A DNA stretch of 18,463 bases, from the IMG/VR virus record IMGVR_UViG_2703718769_000006; one strand, 5' to 3'. A program made the translations under genes and the position numbers. Below, piece after piece: positions 8,602 to 15,546 of the stretch (the first letter of the stretch is position 1; every line of letters begins with the position of its first letter). The stretch comes from a virus. Taxonomy: Duplodnaviria > Heunggongvirae > Uroviricota > Caudoviricetes. Under the pieces are notes generated by a model, which saw nothing but the letters and a program-made list of their open reading frames with translations, was not told the DNA's origin and ran no database searches.

Positions 8602-8757
8602 GTTTTTCTGTTTGCTAAGTTCTCTGGCAATCATGGCCGTAGTTCGTATTGCCCACACCATTGATTTGTATCAATAGTCGTAGTCATCCGGATAGTCCTG
8701 GTATTGTTCCATCACATCCTGTGGATGCTCTTCGAACTCTTCAAATTCTTCTTCCAT
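8590..8757 (-). pseudogene. ral: Ral-like (restriction alleviation) reading frame interrupted by an in-frame TGA
   Basis: Minus-strand frame reads MEEEFEEFEEHPQDVMEQYQDYPDDYDY-stop-YKSMVWAIRTTAMIARELSKQKNKAA-stop. The C-terminal 19 residues closely match the lambda Ral C-terminus (…WAIRTTAMIARELGKQNNKAA) as recalled from memory. The TGA at 8671-8673 splits it into a 28-aa and a 23-aa piece. Confidence 0.4.
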
Positions 8758-8888
8758 ATCTCACTTCAAATAAGTGGTTTGCTGCCTAATTTTATTTTCT
8801 GGCGACCAACACAAGTCACACCCGTTTCACTGCGTGGCTTGCGGTAGTAAATTTTGTTAGTCCAAACAATAAAATCTACTGAAGTGGG

Positions 8889-9221
8889 TTATGACCATTT
8901 TTTATTTGGATTTCGTTGGTGAGCGTGGTTAACAACTCTGTGCATTATATCCTCATATTTTTCATCTTTAATTTTTTCAACATCTCGAGGAAATGGTGTT
9001 GCTAATGCTTTGTCAACTTTGTCCATTGGGTCTTCATTAATCTTATATTCCGGACCGTCATCTATAGCATTAAATCCAGGTGTTATACCGTTTTCTAATG
9101 CATATGCTATTCTCTTTTCCCAGCTCGCTATCCTCCTTCTGTCTCGAGATGTAAGGCTTCTATCAGATACTTTTCTGTTTTGTCCGCGATTAGGATTAAC
9201 ATAAATAGTCTTTTTCACCAT
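8889..9221 (-). CDS. Hypothetical basic protein (about 110 aa)
   Basis: ORF 8889..9242 with candidate starts at 9221, 9227 and 9242, all overlapping the 3' end of N (stop at 9196) in another frame. No family recognised. Confidence 0.4.
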   Translation of the reverse strand: MVKKTIYVNPNRGQNRKVSDRSLTSRDRRRIASWEKRIAYALENGITPGFNAIDDGPEYKINEDPMDKVDKALATPFPRDVEKIKDEKYEDIMHRVVNHAHQRNPNKKWS

Positions 9222-9534
9222 AAGCATACTCAATAAGTCCATACGGTGGTTTACTGTACAATTTTATTTTTTGAACTGCATGTATTTTGTTTCCTAATGG
9301 GTTTGAATCCTTGTAATAAGTACTTCTGTTTTTGCGCTCGACTTCTTCTGCCTTCTTGTTGCGAAGGCTGCCGAGTGATGCTGCTTTGTCTGCTCTGACG
9401 CAACCAGAGATCTTTAGCGCAATCTTCCGCGTCAGTCTTTCACTACTGCGCCGCTCTGCAATAAGTTCTTCCCTGCGAGCTTTATAGCGGCTTTTTGCCG
9501 TACCTTTGGATTCTTTCCAGATTATGGTTACCAT
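9196..9534 (-). CDS. N: N-like transcription antiterminator (phage-21 type)
   Basis: ATG at 9534 with AAGGAG 6 nt upstream. The N-terminus MVTIIWKESKGTAKSRYKARREELIAERR matches the phage 21 N arginine-rich motif as I recall it; the C-terminal region (…ERKNRSTYYKD…QKIK…) resembles lambda N. nutL lies upstream. Confidence 0.8.
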   Translation of the reverse strand: MVTIIWKESKGTAKSRYKARREELIAERRSSERLTRKIALKISGCVRADKAASLGSLRNKKAEEVERKNRSTYYKDSNPLGNKIHAVQKIKLYSKPPYGLIEYAYGEKDYLC

Positions 9535-9643
9535 GATGGTCTCCTTTAAGTGGCTTTGGTGTATGACGCGTCGAGGTGTTTTTCTTCTCGATCGCGGCCT
9601 TGCAACTGAAATTCGCGTCATCCCCAAAACCACTTAGATTTTG

Positions 9644-9684
9644 GTCTCAACGGTTAGGTTGAGAGTCCATCAATGTTAAAGAGC
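9644..9684 (-). promoter_or_regulatory. nutL (boxA and boxB)
   Basis: Minus strand reads GCTCTTTAACATTG (boxA-like, the same sequence as at nutR), then a hairpin CTCAAC-CTAACC-GTTGAG (boxB) upstream of N. Confidence 0.7.
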
Positions 9685-9733
9685 CTGCCAATCTGTTCCG
9701 TTTGGCTTCCAGCGTCCTGCTGTTGAATTGAAG

Positions 9734-9772
9734 ATAACCTAAGTTATCTGATTGTGCAATAACTATATTTAT
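9734..9772. promoter_or_regulatory. OL operator sites (pL region)
   Basis: ATAACCTAAGTTAT (9734-9747, perfect ATAAC-N4-GTTAT dyad) and ATAACTATATTTAT (9759-9772, one mismatch). Same half-site family as the cI-cro intergenic operators. Confidence 0.6.
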
Positions 9773-9867
9773 CATTTTATGGAAAGCGTTATAAATGGCT
9801 GATAACAAAAATATTTTATTTTTTGTGGTATCCGCGTGATATTTTCAAGGGGGAAAGGCTGATTGTT

Positions 9868-10089
9868 ATGGGTGATTGCATGTTAATCGAAGGGGAATTT
9901 GGTGTGTTGCACCAGCGGGTAGTCGAAATTCTAGGGGTGTCGTTGCTTGAGGTTATTGCTACTGGGGAAGCTATTTCAGCAGATGCTATTGCGGGAATGA
10001 TCCGAGTGCTTCACCATGATGAATTGGATGATCTCGCTGTGAAGTTAGCTATAGATGTGTTACTTCAGGATATGCGACTGTGTAATTAA
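9868..10089 (+). CDS. Small acidic hypothetical protein (73 aa) in the rex position, opposite strand to cI
   Basis: ORF 9823..10089; the Met at 9868 follows a purine-rich AAGGGGGAAAGG. Lies between OL and the cI 3' end, convergent with cI, and ends just before a bidirectional hairpin. Confidence 0.4.
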   Translation: MGDCMLIEGEFGVLHQRVVEILGVSLLEVIATGEAISADAIAGMIRVLHHDELDDLAVKLAIDVLLQDMRLCN

Positions 10090-10090
10090 G

Positions 10091-10117
10091 TAAATAAAAC
10101 CCGGCACTGGAGCCGGG
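10091..10117 (-). terminator. Terminator downstream of cI (bidirectional hairpin)
   Basis: CCCGGC-ACTGGA-GCCGGG stem-loop. On the minus strand it is followed by UUUUAUUUA; on the plus strand by a weaker GGAUUU. Confidence 0.55.
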
Positions 10118-10241
10118 GGATTTAGAAATGGCATTTTATGAATTGGCTACTTGGCGAATGGTTTACCATCGGTGGTATTGAGCACAATAAAAGGCCGTTC
10201 TTCGTGAGTGTTCTTATAGCAAAAGTTCAGTTGGAGTCTGA

Positions 10242-10949
10242 TTACCAGCTATGTGATGACCAGAACACTCGTCCTATGATTTTTACGTTTTTGTAGAATT
10301 CTTCTCTGTTCATTACTTCATCAGGATACTCTTCGCGGTTTATCGATCTGATAATTACCGATGTTGGTGTGGCTATTAGCGTTTTTACCCTTAACAAATC
10401 AGCTTGGCAAATTGCATATGTTTTACCATCCCTGATGCTCGTATCTTGCGTGTTTACCCCCACCACATCACCATCATGGAGTGTTGGCTCCATACTTTGC
10501 CCAACAACCCTGACCAACTTTGCCGCTTTTTCTGGAACTCCCATTTTTTTCAGGTAATAGCGCCTAAAAACTAGAGAGAATTCTGCGGACTCCTCCAATG
10601 CACAACTTCCTCCGCCAGCTGAAAGTGAAATATTTAGAAGGGGGAGCGCAACAAATTCGTCATTATCATTTTGATGATCATCCCAGGCGATAGCTTTTAA
10701 AGATGATTCCCGAGCATTAGATGGCTCTTCTGCGCTCTGTGGTCTCATTGACCCTATACCAGAGCTTAGCCACTCAGGGCGAACTCTTAACGCGTTGGCT
10801 AATTCGACCATTTTACGTGATCCGGTTGTTTTACCAGATGACATCTTTTGTATGGCTGGTTGTGATACCCCCACCATGTCTGCAAGTTGTGCTTGTGACA
10901 ACCCGGCTGAACTCATGGCGGCATTTAGTCTTTCTGCGAATGTTTTCAT
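10242..10949 (-). CDS. cI: CI-type prophage repressor (HTH plus S24 LexA-like autocleavage domain)
   Basis: 235-aa product with N-terminal HTH (LSQAQLADMVGVSQPAIQKM), an Ala-Gly cleavage region (SAGGG) and Ser/Lys dyad motifs (GQSMEP … KTLI). Divergent from cro with operators between them. Confidence 0.9.
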   Translation of the reverse strand: MKTFAERLNAAMSSAGLSQAQLADMVGVSQPAIQKMSSGKTTGSRKMVELANALRVRPEWLSSGIGSMRPQSAEEPSNARESSLKAIAWDDHQNDNDEFVALPLLNISLSAGGGSCALEESAEFSLVFRRYYLKKMGVPEKAAKLVRVVGQSMEPTLHDGDVVGVNTQDTSIRDGKTYAICQADLLRVKTLIATPTSVIIRSINREEYPDEVMNREEFYKNVKIIGRVFWSSHSW

Positions 10950-10955
10950 ACCTGT

Positions 10956-11034
10956 AATCTATAACCACGGTTATCAAAAGTAAAACAACAATTGTTATTG
11001 CTCTGTTGTATAACTCATGTTATTTTTGGTTATG
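10956..11034. promoter_or_regulatory. OR region: three operator dyads plus candidate pRM and pR
   Basis: Three sites of the form ATAAC-N4-GTTAT at 10961-10974 (ATAACCACGGTTAT), 10985-10998 (ACAACAATTGTTAT) and 11010-11023 (ATAACTCATGTTAT), centres about 24 bp apart. TAGATT on the minus strand (10956-10961) sits about 7 bp before the cI ATG, as for a leaderless pRM transcript. Confidence 0.7.
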
Positions 11035-11059
11035 CTTTATTTGCTGTAGAGGTATGCTC

Positions 11060-11284
11060 ATGAATTTAGTGATTCAGCGAGCCTTGAATATTGTTGGCAG
11101 TCAAAAACGACTTGCAGCTGATTGCGGCGTATCACAGCCCGCTGTTCATAAATGGTTGCGAGGCGGAAAAGTTTCTCCTGAAAAAGTTTTCGCTATCGTT
11201 AATGCCACCAATGGTCAGGTTAAGGCTTACGAAATTCGCCCGGACTTACCGCACCTGTTTCCTCATCCGAACCAGGCTGAATAA
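11060..11284 (+). CDS. cro: Cro-like small HTH regulator (74 aa)
   Basis: ORF 11006..11284; the ATG at 11060 has AGAGG 7 nt upstream. HTH segment QKRLAADCGVSQPAVHKWLRGG. Divergent from cI. Confidence 0.75.
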   Translation: MNLVIQRALNIVGSQKRLAADCGVSQPAVHKWLRGGKVSPEKVFAIVNATNGQVKAYEIRPDLPHLFPHPNQAE

Positions 11285-11291
11285 GTAACAC

Positions 11292-11333
11292 CGCTCTTTA
11301 ACATTGCTGGTCGTTCACCTCTAACAGGGTGAG
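11292..11333 (+). promoter_or_regulatory. nutR (boxA and boxB)
   Basis: CGCTCTTTAA (boxA-like) followed 12 nt later by the hairpin TCACC-TCTAACAG-GGTGA, between cro and cII. The boxB loop is CTAAC-rich like the nutL copy. Confidence 0.7.
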
Positions 11334-11399
11334 CAAACATCAGTGGCAAACCCATTGGGATTGCCGCTTAACCCCATATCAATATAGGAAAATTAACAA

Positions 11400-11696
11400 A
11401 TGTCACAAACAAGTTACAGCAAACTGTCGCAGCGCGATATCGATCGCGCTGAAACGGATTTACTTATCAACCTGTCAGTTCTGACGCAAAGGGGACTGGC
11501 GAAGATGATTGGCTGCCATGAATCGAAGGTCAGTCGTACCGACTGGCGATACATCGCGGCGATTTTATGTGCGTTCCAGATGGCATCTGATATCAGTCCG
11601 ATCAGCCGGGCTTTCCAGCATGCCATTCGCGTTCATGCAAATAAAAAACGTCCGGTTGGGGCCGGACGTTCTGAGCAAATCCTGATGAATATCTGA
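11400..11696 (+). CDS. cII: CII-like transcriptional activator
   Basis: 98-aa product; the C-terminus …NKKRPVGAGRSEQILMNI parallels lambda CII …NKKRPAATERSEQIQMEF. HTH in the middle; position after cro and nutR. Confidence 0.85.
   Translation: MSQTSYSKLSQRDIDRAETDLLINLSVLTQRGLAKMIGCHESKVSRTDWRYIAAILCAFQMASDISPISRAFQHAIRVHANKKRPVGAGRSEQILMNI
11641..11669 (-). terminator. oop-like antisense terminator within the cII 3' end
   Basis: Minus strand reads ACGTCCGG-CCCCAA-CCGGACGT followed by TTTTTTAT. Same position and orientation as the lambda oop terminator overlapping the cII C-terminus. Confidence 0.6.
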
Positions 11697-11760
11697 TATT
11701 CAGGCAGGGCATGGAGCAATACACGGGAATAATTCTGCCACATCTGGAAGAATTTCGCCA

Positions 11761-11916
11761 GCAACAACACCAACCGCAGCAGCCTGAAGCCGATTGGGTT
11801 AACCCGGAGATACCGGGACCGTCTGTGAAGATGTGCAGTCACACCAATGTGCAGTCACACCAACCGCAGCAGCCTGAAGCCGATTGGGTTAACCCGGGAG
11901 ATACCGGGACCGTCTG
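11761..11916. repeat. Two tandem copies of an approximately 60-bp repeat upstream of the O-like gene
   Basis: Copy A 11767-11826 and copy B 11857-11916: ACACCAACCGCAGCAGCCTGAAGCCGATTGGGTTAACCCGG(G)AGATACCGGGACCGTCTG. Each carries the dyads GGGTTAACCC and CCCGG-N5/6-CCGGG. The short tandem GTGCAGTCACACCAA occurs twice between them. Confidence 0.85.
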
Positions 11917-11949
11917 CGGTATGGAGTAAATCTTGTATGCGAGGGGACT

Positions 11950-13032
11950 ATGCGTAATTACGCAACAATTTCACCTCAGTTCTGGTTAGGCGATACAGGG
12001 CGAAAACTAAGGAAGTCTGGTCCGGAATGTATGGTAGTGGCGTTGTATATGATGACCTCGCCTCATTCCAATATGCTGGGCCTTTATTACCTGCCTGTTT
12101 TGTACATTGCTCACGAAACCGGACTTGATCCTGAAGGGGCTTCTAAGGGGCTTCAAATGGCTTGCGAGGCTGGTTTTTGCAGCTATGACCATGATTCTGA
12201 GGTTGTATGGGTGCATGAAATGGCAGCATGGCAGGTTGGTGAATCGCTGAAACCTGGCGATAACCGTTGTGCTGGGGTAAGAAATGAATATTCCGCGTTG
12301 CTGGAAAATCCTTTTTTATCATCATTTTATGATAGATATAAGGATGATTTCCACCTGGATGTCAGACGTGAATCATGTCGGAAAATTGAAGCCCCTTCAG
12401 AGCCCCTTTCAAGCCAAGAACAGGAACAGGAACAGGAACAGGAAAGAGATAAAACCCTTCTGGTCCATGGCGAAAAAATCGCCACGGACCCACTGGTGGA
12501 TTCTTGTCCCGTTCTGACTGAACGTCCAGGACCAGCTGGCATGACACCGGAAGCAGATTCCGGGCGTTGTGTGCAGCAGGTGCTGCTCGTCGAACCGGAG
12601 CAACAACACCAACCGCAGCAGCCTGAAGCCGATTCCGCGATGAGCGGGAAGCCGATTGGGTTAACCCGGGCGATGCCGGGACCGTCTGCGGGACGAGTTG
12701 ATTATCCTGACGTGTTCGAACGGGTCTGGCGTGAATATCCGCATCGGGCAGGGTCAAACCCGAAGAAATCCGCGTTCAATGCCTGGAGGGCCAGATTACG
12801 CGAAGGGGTGTCACCGGATGTCGTGCTGGATGGCGTGAGGCGTTACGCAAGATACCTGGAGGCTACCGGGAAAGCGGGAACTGAATTTGTTCAGCAGGCA
12901 TCGACGTTTTTTGGCCCGAACAGGAATTTCGAAAATCCGTGGTCGCTGCCGAAGGCTGGCGCAGTCAGCCTGCGTTGCGTGAATCACATTTCTGAACCGG
13001 ACACCGAAATTCCGCCGGGTTTCAGGGGGTAA
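11950..13032 (+). CDS. Replication initiator (O-like replisome organiser)
   Basis: 360-aa ORF directly upstream of a DnaC-like loader gene. Its central linker has low-complexity SQEQEQEQEQER and a third copy of the repeat. Function is assigned by position and architecture, not by a recognised motif. Confidence 0.65.
   Translation: MRNYATISPQFWLGDTGRKLRKSGPECMVVALYMMTSPHSNMLGLYYLPVLYIAHETGLDPEGASKGLQMACEAGFCSYDHDSEVVWVHEMAAWQVGESLKPGDNRCAGVRNEYSALLENPFLSSFYDRYKDDFHLDVRRESCRKIEAPSEPLSSQEQEQEQEQERDKTLLVHGEKIATDPLVDSCPVLTERPGPAGMTPEADSGRCVQQVLLVEPEQQHQPQQPEADSAMSGKPIGLTRAMPGPSAGRVDYPDVFERVWREYPHRAGSNPKKSAFNAWRARLREGVSPDVVLDGVRRYARYLEATGKAGTEFVQQASTFFGPNRNFENPWSLPKAGAVSLRCVNHISEPDTEIPPGFRG
12415..12444 (+). 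repeat. (CAGGAA)n hexanucleotide tandem repeat inside the O-like gene
   Basis: caagaa followed by four perfect caggaa units, encoding the EQ-repeat linker. Confidence 0.9.
12606..12691. repeat. Third, interrupted copy of the 60-bp repeat, inside the O-like coding sequence
   Basis: ACACCAACCGCAGCAGCCTGAAGCCGATT-[ccgcgatgagcgggaagccgatt]-GGGTTAACCCGGGCGATGCCGGGACCGTCTGCGG; the same unit as 11767-11826 with an internal duplication of GAAGCCGATT. Confidence 0.85.
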
Positions 13033-13038
13033 TCAGCC

Positions 13039-13779
13039 ATGAAAAACATTTCGACAGGAGGGATTCTTGAACGGGTGCGCCGTCTGGCACCACCGCACGT
13101 GGCAGCACCGTTCCGGACGACCGACGAATGGCGGGAATGGCAACTGGCTGAGGGCCGGAAGCGCAGCGAGGAAGTTAACCGCCAGAATCACCAGACGCGG
13201 GTTGAAAAAATCCTGAATCGTTCGGGCATCCAGCCGCTTCACAGGAAGTGCTCATTCGGGAACTACCGGGTGCAGAACGACGGTCAGCGCCATGCTCTGA
13301 GTCTGGCAAAATCCATCGCGGCAGAACTGCATACCGGCTGCACGAATTTCGTGTTCAGCGGTAAACCTGGCACCGGGAAAAATCACCTTGCAGCAGCGAT
13401 TGGCAACTGGCTGATGGCGAAGGGGAGAAGCGTGATTATCGTCACCGTGTCCGATGTCATGAGTGTGTTGCATGACGGCTACGACAACGGCAAGTCTGGT
13501 GAGAAATTTTTACAGGAACTTTGCGGGGTAGACCTTCTGGTCCTTGATGAAATTGGCATGCAGCGGGATACGCGCAACGAGCAGGTCATACTGAACCAGA
13601 TCGTCGACCGCAGAACGGCATCACTGCGCAGTGTCGGGATGCTGACGAACCTGAATCACGCAGCTATGAGCACACTCCTCGGCGAGCGGGTGATGGACCG
13701 TATGACCATGAACGGTGGTCGTTGGGTGAATTTTAACTGGGAGAGCTGGCGATCAAACGTTGGGCGTCAGGGTATGTGA
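13039..13779 (+). CDS. DnaC/IstB-like AAA+ helicase loader
   Basis: 246-aa product with Walker A (FSGKPGTGKNHLAAA) and Walker B (LLVLDEIG) motifs; follows the O-like gene by 7 nt. Confidence 0.85.
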   Translation: MKNISTGGILERVRRLAPPHVAAPFRTTDEWREWQLAEGRKRSEEVNRQNHQTRVEKILNRSGIQPLHRKCSFGNYRVQNDGQRHALSLAKSIAAELHTGCTNFVFSGKPGTGKNHLAAAIGNWLMAKGRSVIIVTVSDVMSVLHDGYDNGKSGEKFLQELCGVDLLVLDEIGMQRDTRNEQVILNQIVDRRTASLRSVGMLTNLNHAAMSTLLGERVMDRMTMNGGRWVNFNWESWRSNVGRQGM

Positions 13780-13804
13780 GAATTTTTGACGAGGTAAATT
13801 TTCG

Positions 13805-14575
13805 ATGGAAACCGTATTGCATGCACTGAAAGCGATGGGAAAAGCCAATTCTGTTGAACTGGCGGCGCGGCTTGATATCAGCCGTGAAGAAGTTCTCAAC
13901 GAACTGTGGGAACTCAAAAAAAATGGCGTTGTTGATAAAACGGGTCACACCTGGTTTCTGGCTGTCGAAGGTGAATCCGGGGTAACCGAAGGGCAGGCAC
14001 TACAACCTGAAGCGCCGGATGTGGTAACCGAAGAGGTCGCTCCAAAAGTTAGCGCTGACATGATGATTGAGTTTATCGCTCAGGAGGGGGCTAAAACCTG
14101 TGAAGAAATAGCGGGTAAGTTCGGCGTTACCACTCGTAAGGTTGCTTCCACGTTGGCGGTAGTAACAGCAACGGGGCGCCTGGTGCGCGTGTCTATCAAG
14201 GGAAAATTCCGTTATAAAGTGCCTGGCGTTGAAAACGGCGATTTGAGCGCGTCATCATCGCAGGATGAGAAATCACACCACGAAGCAGAAAACAGCGCGT
14301 CAGGCGGCGAACTGAATCGTTCTCCGTTGATGTCAGAGGGCACGGCAAAGGCCTGTACAGATGAGTTTATCCAGGATGTTCCGTCGTTCACCGAAAAATA
14401 TGCTGGTGCAGTGCCCCTTCCACCTCTACGGGCCGCCAGTCGTGAACTTCGTCGCGCCAAAAAACAGGTCCAGAAGTGGGAGCGTGTCTGTGCTGCACTA
14501 CGTGAGCTGAATAAACACCGGGAAATTGTCATGCAGATTACCGATTCATCCAGCAGTATTGCATCGGAAAAGTGA
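13805..14575 (+). CDS. Hypothetical protein with two predicted winged-helix-like segments (256 aa)
   Basis: Two segments resembling winged helix-turn-helix (…ANSVELAARLDISREEVLNELWELKKNGVV… and …AKTCEEIAGKFGVTTRKVASTLAVVTATGRLV…) and a basic C-terminus. Confidence 0.55.
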   Translation: METVLHALKAMGKANSVELAARLDISREEVLNELWELKKNGVVDKTGHTWFLAVEGESGVTEGQALQPEAPDVVTEEVAPKVSADMMIEFIAQEGAKTCEEIAGKFGVTTRKVASTLAVVTATGRLVRVSIKGKFRYKVPGVENGDLSASSSQDEKSHHEAENSASGGELNRSPLMSEGTAKACTDEFIQDVPSFTEKYAGAVPLPPLRAASRELRRAKKQVQKWERVCAALRELNKHREIVMQITDSSSSIASEK

Positions 14576-15033
14576 TAACTGGAGAGCTTATGGCAAAAGT
14601 ATTTACACCCGAAGAGCGGGAAAAAATTAAGGAGCAGATCGTTGAATTTGTGCGCCAGAGTGGACGTGAGACGTTACGGGCTCTGGAAGCTAAAACTGGT
14701 GCATCAAGGTATTACATAAACACTCTCGCCAGAGAACTGGTCGCAAGTGGTGATGTTTACAATTCAGGTTACGGATTATTCCCGTCTGAGCAGGCGCGTA
14801 AGGACTGGCAAAATGCCCGCAAAAAACTCTCGAGAGCAAAGGCAAAGAAACCGGTTGTCGTTGATCCCGGTCTTATCCGGGCATTACCCGATGGGGAAAT
14901 ACGGCGCTACGACAGACGCTACAACACAATTTGTCGCGAGTGCCGTAACAGTGAAGCAATGCAGCGTGTGCTGGCATTCTATAGACGTTGCGCACAGGCA
15001 AATAACAGTCTGCATAGCCGTGTATTGGCTTAA
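14572..15033 (+). CDS. Hypothetical protein with one winged-helix-like segment (153 aa)
   Basis: Overlaps the upstream stop (ATGA-type coupling). Segment …GRETLRALEAKTGASRYYINTLARELVASGDV… An alternative start is the Met at 14590. Confidence 0.5.
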   Translation: MITGELMAKVFTPEEREKIKEQIVEFVRQSGRETLRALEAKTGASRYYINTLARELVASGDVYNSGYGLFPSEQARKDWQNARKKLSRAKAKKPVVVDPGLIRALPDGEIRRYDRRYNTICRECRNSEAMQRVLAFYRRCAQANNSLHSRVLA

Positions 15034-15045
15034 CAGGAGCTAAAC

Positions 15046-15546
15046 ATGCATTTGAATAAAGAGCATCAATCCATGATGGGCAAGCGCCAGACAGAAGAGG
15101 CTGTTCGCGATCTGGAAAAACTACTTGGCTATCGTGAAACAAAACTGCTTTTCCTGGTTCCGGTTATTCGCCAGAAGGTTGAGGAAATTCTTGAAGAAAA
15201 TGGCATCCCGAAAGAATACATGACGGATGCCATGGAATATTCACTCGAACTGGTACGAATTACTCCTGATCTGACCTGGCTTGATGAGTATCAACAACAA
15301 TTTGAGAAAGGCGCAGAAACGTTACTTTCTGCTGCTGATAAAACAGAGCAGAAAACAGAACCATCGGTATTCTGGAATACCGTTGAGGCTATTGCCAGGA
15401 GCAAGATATTTGAGTTTAACAACATCAATCATTCCGGGAGAGACACTCATCAATCATCACATCTTGAGGGGGTGTCCATGCTTCTAGCTCTGTTGCGAGA
15501 GCAAGGCGAATGTCCTCAGTCGACATTGAACGACACTGAGCAATAG
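15046..15546 (+). CDS. Hypothetical protein (166 aa); 3' end uncertain
   Basis: ORF follows the previous gene by 12 nt. Its last 120 nt overlap the convergent 96-aa ORF, so one of the two C-termini may be wrong. Confidence 0.45.
   Translation: MHLNKEHQSMMGKRQTEEAVRDLEKLLGYRETKLLFLVPVIRQKVEEILEENGIPKEYMTDAMEYSLELVRITPDLTWLDEYQQQFEKGAETLLSAADKTEQKTEPSVFWNTVEAIARSKIFEFNNINHSGRDTHQSSHLEGVSMLLALLREQGECPQSTLNDTEQ

Noticed and set aside
11711-11929. 72-aa ORF 11711..11929 as a protein-coding gene
   Set aside because: It is built almost entirely from the two copies of the 60-bp repeat (hence the duplicated QQHQPQQPEADWVNP peptide). It is better explained as a duplicated fragment of the O linker than as an independent gene, though a translated remnant cannot be excluded.
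12007-12757. Minus-strand ORFs inside the O-like gene (12007..12216, 12143..12325, 12327..12542, 12362..12757, 12409..12612)
   Set aside because: Antisense to a well-supported operon gene; their repetitive composition derives from the CAGGAA and iteron repeats.
13033-13948. Minus-strand ORFs antisense to the DnaC-like gene (13033..13242, 13252..13473, 13733..13948)
   Set aside because: Antisense to a gene with clear Walker motifs; no supporting signals.
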